64,000 bases of DNA from Parcubacteria group bacterium GW2011_GWA2_40_143 (GTDB lineage Bacteria > Patescibacteriota > Minisyncoccia > UBA9983): the NCBI GenBank assembly GCA_000996035.1, contig LBYH01000001.1, forward strand, positions 21,676 through 85,675. The letters are read 5' to 3'. The first letter of the stretch is position 1; each line of letters opens with the position of its first letter. Below, in pieces: positions 59,408 to 64,000 of this stretch. The position numbers and the translations under genes are program-made. The notes beneath the pieces were generated by a model. The model searched no databases, was not told the origin of the DNA, and saw only the letters and a list, made by a program, of their open reading frames with translations.

Positions 59408-61792
59408 TTGAACAACAACTCAATGTCATCAAAATCAAAAGCAAAAAAGCAAAAAATTAAACACAAAAAAGAGGAGGAAAAAGAAGAAGACGAACCAAAA
59501 GAAAGCTTTCTAAATGCCTTGGAAGATAGAACAAAAAATTTCATCATATCCATCGTCCTTTTTTCCTTTGGCACGGTTTTTACTCTTTCGTATTTCAATA
59601 AAGCCGGACCGGCCGGAAAATACATAAATAATATATTTGATTCACTTTTCGGTAATGGCTCAATCTTGCTGCCGCTCGCGCTTTTCGCTTCGGCTGGCAT
59701 ATTAGCTCTCTCAATCAAGCCGTCTTTCCTTAAAAGAACGCTCATCGGTATTGCCGTTTTTCTAATCGGCAATCTGGGGATCATGGCAACCATCTGGGGT
59801 AAAGACGCGGGAGGATACATTGGCTATCTGACCTCCCTGCCACTTATGAAGCTTTTTGATTTTTGGGCGTCAATCATCATCCTCTCCGCCATTCTCGTGG
59901 TGTCCGCGACCCTGATAATCAATAAGCCGATTTTCGCTTTTATTCCTTTCAAATTAAAACGCAGAGAAGCTGATGACGATATCATCCAAGCCAATCATTT
60001 TAACGAAAACGGCGGGGCGGTGGAAGAAAAAGAAAATGCCAAAGAGTCCGCGCATGTCCCAGCTGAAAGCGGAGCGGGAAAAGCGATGGAAATCAAAAAA
60101 GACAAAAAACGAAAAGAAGGAACAGGTAAAGACAAGGAAGAAGAGTACGAAGAAGGCTCAATTTCCTATCCAAAGCAAAACAAGGTGGCATTCATACCGC
60201 CACCACTTGAACTCCTTGAGGGCGACAGGGGCAAGCCGTCCAGCGGCGATATAAAGGCAAACGCCAATATCATAAAAAGAACTCTCCAAAACTTCGGCAT
60301 AGACGTGGAGATGGGAGAAATCAACATCGGCCCATCGGTAACTCAATACACTCTCAAGCCGGCTGAAGGCGTGAAGCTGGCCAGGATAGTGGCCTTGCAA
60401 AATGATCTGGCTCTTTCTCTGGCCGCCCATCCCATTAGAATAGAAGCTCCTATCCCCAGCCGATCTCTTGTAGGCATAGAAATCCCAAACAGCACAAAAA
60501 CCATCATCGGTTTAGCCACCTTGTTTAAAGAAAGCGACTATCAAAATGGGACTCATCCCCTGCTTGTAACTTTTGGCCGCAGCGTGGGCGGTCAAGCGGC
60601 CTTCTACAATCTGGCCAAGATGCCGCATCTCTTGGTGGCCGGAGCGACGGGCAGCGGGAAATCAATTTACATTCATTCTCTCATTATGAGCTTGCTCTAC
60701 CGCAACTCGCCTGAAGATTTGCGTTTTATCATGATAGACCCTAAGCGCGTGGAACTTACCGTATATAACAAGATCCCGCATATGCTTACTCCAGTTATCA
60801 CAGAAACCAAAAAGGCTATTCTCATTTTAAAGTGGCTTACAAAAGAAATGGAAAGAAGATATGACACGCTACTCTCCGCCGGCGTAAGAAACATAGAATC
60901 TTATCGCAAAGAAGAAGCCTCTGACAAAAAACCCATGCCCTATCTCGTAGTAGTGATAGACGAACTCGCCGACTTAATGAGCACCTATCCGAGAGAGATG
61001 GAAGCTTCCATCGTGCGCTTGGCGCAAATGTCGCGCGCCGTGGGCATACACTTAGTGCTCTCTACTCAAAGACCATCGGTAGAAGTTATCACCGGTCTCA
61101 TAAAAGCCAACGTTCCGAGCCGTGTGGCCTTGCAAGTGGCCTCTCAGATAGACTCCAGAACAATACTGGATATGTCTGGCGCCGAGAAACTCCTTGGTAA
61201 TGGAGACATGCTCTATTTAGTGGGAGATTCGGCCAAGCCGAGACGCGTGCAAGGACCTTATGTAACAGACAAAGAAATTAAAAATGTGGTGGATTTCTTG
61301 GCCGACACTTATAAAGATTTTGATTTGGAAGACATAGACACATCCGCGGAAAACGGCGGCTCGCCATCCAAGGCGCGCGGCGCCATCAGTATAGACTTAG
61401 ACCAAGTCGGCATGGACGAAGACGCCGACGACGAAATGTACGAAGAAGCAAGAGCCACGGTAATAGAATTTGGCAAAGCATCCACCTCATTTCTCCAGAG
61501 GAAACTGAAGGTCGGTTACGCCAGAGCCGCCAGACTTATGGATATGCTTGAAGAGAGAGGAATTATAAGTCAAGGAGACGGCGCCAAACCAAGACAAGTT
61601 TTAGTGGAAAGCAGGGACGCTTTCGCCGACGCTGTTGATGATTACAAAGATGAAAACGGAAGTAAGACCGATGGTAGCGAACAAATAAATCAACAAGAAA
61701 GCGTTTCTACTTTTCCGACCTCGCCAAGCGAAGCGGGGTTGGCCGATAAAGACGCCGATCAAAACATAGAAAAAAATGGGAACCAAAACTAA
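59408..61792 (+). CDS. ftsK: DNA translocase FtsK/SpoIIIE
   Basis: 4-TM N-terminus, PHLLVAGATGSGKS, IDELADLM and gamma domain STSFLQRKLKVGYARA. Confidence 0.95.
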   Translation: MNNNSMSSKSKAKKQKIKHKKEEEKEEDEPKESFLNALEDRTKNFIISIVLFSFGTVFTLSYFNKAGPAGKYINNIFDSLFGNGSILLPLALFASAGILALSIKPSFLKRTLIGIAVFLIGNLGIMATIWGKDAGGYIGYLTSLPLMKLFDFWASIIILSAILVVSATLIINKPIFAFIPFKLKRREADDDIIQANHFNENGGAVEEKENAKESAHVPAESGAGKAMEIKKDKKRKEGTGKDKEEEYEEGSISYPKQNKVAFIPPPLELLEGDRGKPSSGDIKANANIIKRTLQNFGIDVEMGEINIGPSVTQYTLKPAEGVKLARIVALQNDLALSLAAHPIRIEAPIPSRSLVGIEIPNSTKTIIGLATLFKESDYQNGTHPLLVTFGRSVGGQAAFYNLAKMPHLLVAGATGSGKSIYIHSLIMSLLYRNSPEDLRFIMIDPKRVELTVYNKIPHMLTPVITETKKAILILKWLTKEMERRYDTLLSAGVRNIESYRKEEASDKKPMPYLVVVIDELADLMSTYPREMEASIVRLAQMSRAVGIHLVLSTQRPSVEVITGLIKANVPSRVALQVASQIDSRTILDMSGAEKLLGNGDMLYLVGDSAKPRRVQGPYVTDKEIKNVVDFLADTYKDFDLEDIDTSAENGGSPSKARGAISIDLDQVGMDEDADDEMYEEARATVIEFGKASTSFLQRKLKVGYARAARLMDMLEERGIISQGDGAKPRQVLVESRDAFADAVDDYKDENGSKTDGSEQINQQESVSTFPTSPSEAGLADKDADQNIEKNGNQN

Positions 61793-62126
61793 AACCATCA
61801 CCAGCATAAGCCTTGTTGCCACTCTACTCTTCTTTTTTGGCATATATGGCGCGTACAAAGCCAGAGATTTCTTGGCCGGACCCGGTATTGCCTTCAGCTC
61901 CGTCAGCAATGGTCAAACGGTGGATCGTTCCGACATTAAAATAATCGGCAAGGTTTCAAACATGGCCAATTTATTTATAAATGGCCGGAAGATTCTCCCC
62001 GACAGAGACGGCAACTTTGAAACGGAGATGCTTTTGGCGGCGGGTTATAATATAATAGAAGCCCGAGGAGAAGATAAATTCGGGCGAGAAACAAAAAAAT
62101 TATTGGAAATAATCTATAAACAATAG
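61776..62126 (+). CDS. Small membrane-anchored Ig-like protein
   Basis: TM helix, then LFING...GYNIIE..DKFGR. Confidence 0.65.
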   Translation: MGTKTKTITSISLVATLLFFFGIYGAYKARDFLAGPGIAFSSVSNGQTVDRSDIKIIGKVSNMANLFINGRKILPDRDGNFETEMLLAAGYNIIEARGEDKFGRETKKLLEIIYKQ

Positions 62127-62141
62127 AAAATACTAAATTAT

Positions 62142-63152
62142 ATGGCATTCACGAAAAAAAGCGCCAAGGCGCCAAAAGAAACAAACATCGGCGTGGAAAA
62201 CGCCTTAAAAGACATTAAAGCCAAATACGGCGAAGGATCAATCATGAAGCTTGGTGAAACACCTAAGGTAAATATTGGCGCCATATCCACCGGCTCCTTG
62301 AGTCTGGATATCGCCCTTGGCGTAGGTGGCATGCCAAGAGGCAGAGTGATAGAAGTTTACGGTCCGGAAAGCTCCGGCAAAACCACGCTCGCCCTAAACG
62401 TAATAGCCCAAGCCCAAAAGAAAGGCGGGGTTTGCGCCTTCGTGGATGCCGAACACGCTCTTGATCCGGAATATGCCAAAAAACTCGGCGTTAAAATAGA
62501 CGACTTGTTGGTGTCGCAACCGGATAATGGAGAACAAGCTCTTGAGATTACGGAAAGTCTGGTAAGAAGCGGTGGCATAGATGTAGTAGTGATAGACTCC
62601 GTGGCCGCTCTTACTCCAAGAGCTGAGATTGAGGGAGAAATGGGCGCTTCTCACGTAGGCTTGCAAGCCAGACTTATGTCGCAAGCGCTAAGAAAGCTTA
62701 CAGCCATTACCGCCAGGTCTCATACTATCGTTATTTTTATAAACCAAGTTAGAATGCAAATAGGCATAATGTTTGGCAATCCGGAAACTACCCCGGGCGG
62801 CAAGGCCCTTAAATTCTACTCTTCCGTGCGCGTGGAAGTAAGAAGAGCGGCGCAGATCAAAAAAGGTGAAGAGGTGGTGGGCAACAGAGTAAAATGCAAA
62901 GTGGTGAAAAATAAAGTGGCGGCGCCGTTTAAAATAGCCGAATTTGATATTGTATTTAATGAGGGTATATCCTACGAGGGCGATATACTAAATCTTGGGG
63001 AGAAATACGAAATTATAAAAAAATCCGGCGCTTCCTATTCCTACGGCGCCACTTCTCTTGGACGCGGCTACGATAAAGCTAAAGAATTCTTGAAAGAAAA
63101 CCCAAAAATAACTCAAGAGCTGGAGAAAAAAATAAAAGAAGCGGCGGCATAA
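62142..63152 (+). CDS. recA: Recombinase RecA
   Basis: [15 protein letters not shown] and GGKALKFY motifs. Confidence 0.97.
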   Translation: MAFTKKSAKAPKETNIGVENALKDIKAKYGEGSIMKLGETPKVNIGAISTGSLSLDIALGVGGMPRGRVIEVYGPESSGKTTLALNVIAQAQKKGGVCAFVDAEHALDPEYAKKLGVKIDDLLVSQPDNGEQALEITESLVRSGGIDVVVIDSVAALTPRAEIEGEMGASHVGLQARLMSQALRKLTAITARSHTIVIFINQVRMQIGIMFGNPETTPGGKALKFYSSVRVEVRRAAQIKKGEEVVGNRVKCKVVKNKVAAPFKIAEFDIVFNEGISYEGDILNLGEKYEIIKKSGASYSYGATSLGRGYDKAKEFLKENPKITQELEKKIKEAAA

Positions 63153-63599
63153 AAAAAGTCCGCAAGATTAACCATTAATATCTTGACAAAAAAATATGAC
63201 TACTCACACAATGAAATTATCCGGACTACCCTTTGAAAAAATAACGAATGGCAAGAAAATTATTGAATCAAGGTTATACGATGAAAAACGCCAACAAATT
63301 AATATTGGTGACCAAATAGAGTTTTCTTGCAATGATGAACCGAAAAAAAAGGTTACTACAAAAGTAAAAGCGCTTTACAGATATGAATCGTTTAAAGATT
63401 TATTTTCTGATTTTCCTCCCGAATATTTCGGTAGCAATTCAAAAGATGAATTAATTAAAGAAATTGAAACCTTTTACTCAAAAGAAGAACAAAAAAAATA
63501 TGGTGTTATTGGGATAAAAATAGAACTGATTTAACTCTATCTCCGCGGTAAACATACGCTGTTCAAAATAAAAGAAGCGGCGGCATAAAAAAAGTCCGC
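63129..63599 (+). repeat. 35-bp direct repeat (63129-63163 and 63565-63599) bracketing the ASCH gene
   Basis: aaaataaaagaagcggcggcataaaaaaagtccgc, identical in both copies. Confidence 0.92.
63196..63534 (+). CDS. ASCH/PUA-like domain protein
   Basis: FEKITNGKKIIESRLYDEKR..IGDQIEF (GxKxxExR motif). Confidence 0.85.
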   Translation: MTTHTMKLSGLPFEKITNGKKIIESRLYDEKRQQINIGDQIEFSCNDEPKKKVTTKVKALYRYESFKDLFSDFPPEYFGSNSKDELIKEIETFYSKEEQKKYGVIGIKIELI

Positions 63600-63617
63600 C
63601 TTGAAAAACAGCGGACT
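63593..63617 (+). terminator. Displaced recA terminator-like hairpin
   Basis: agtccgc...gcggact stem, complete only in the second repeat copy. Confidence 0.55.
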
Positions 63618-63920
63618 CTAAGATATTTTAAAAATAGAATTTAACTTAAAATAAACGATTTTTAAGGTCTTTTTCAACGACCTTGTTGTCAACATTTCCC
63701 CAAGATAATGCTCTGATTAACCATGAGCAAGATTTTAAGGTTATACAAAATAAAGAAAAAAAGACGTTTAAAACTCTCATACTAACACTGATTTTGGGCG
63801 GTTTGGGCGCCCAAGTCCATCCATTACTGTTTTTCATCTTTCCTCTCCTTTATATAATAAGGAAAAAAATAAAGTACGATTTTATCTGATTCAATAGTAA
63901 ACCAAATTATTTAAATAAGC

Positions 63921-63992
63921 AAGAAATAAAGTGGCGTAAATTAAAATTTTGAGACGCGTCTCAAAATTTTAATTTACGCCACTTTATTTCTT
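63921..63992. repeat. 72-bp perfect loopless palindrome
   Basis: 36-bp arms centred on gagacg|cgtctc. Confidence 0.9.
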
Positions 63993-64000
63993 AGATTTAT

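Noticed and set aside
61715-61742. GC-rich hairpin in the FtsK C-terminal tail
   Set aside because: Single imperfect copy in a low-complexity tail; cannot be tied to a repeat family here.

Overview
Bacterial chromosome segment with the hallmarks of a Patescibacteria (CPR, Parcubacteria-like) genome: short prfB, 23S-5S genes unlinked from 16S, a group I intron in 23S, giant secreted or S-layer-like proteins, and short leaders behind TGnTATAAT promoters. The taxonomic call is inferred from these traits. Contents in order: a surface-protein cluster (1-8.7 kb); an orphan PemK/MazF toxin; a CsoR-controlled copper operon; a MacAB-like ABC exporter; a decayed defence island at tRNA-Gln; housekeeping genes (ftsXE, prfB, htpX, lemA, rlmN, folD, rodA, rplJL, ftsK, recA); 23S/5S rRNA; and a REP-associated Y1 transposase (RAYT) region. 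Most interesting signals: (1) a RAYT with a family of AAGG-N5-CCTT hairpins whose arms extend into locus-specific sequence and which sit in frame inside rlmN, a surface protein and the transposase itself; (2) an antitoxin-less MazF-fold toxin faced by a convergent ~80-nt structured RNA with its own promoter and terminator, a candidate RNA antitoxin; (3) a DpnI-like methyl-directed nuclease cassette lying between two truncated methyltransferases; (4) a 23S L2500 group I intron ending in A rather than G; (5) a lone ASCH gene inserted at the recA 3' end with a 35-bp duplication. All functional calls come from motif recognition by eye; no searches were run.
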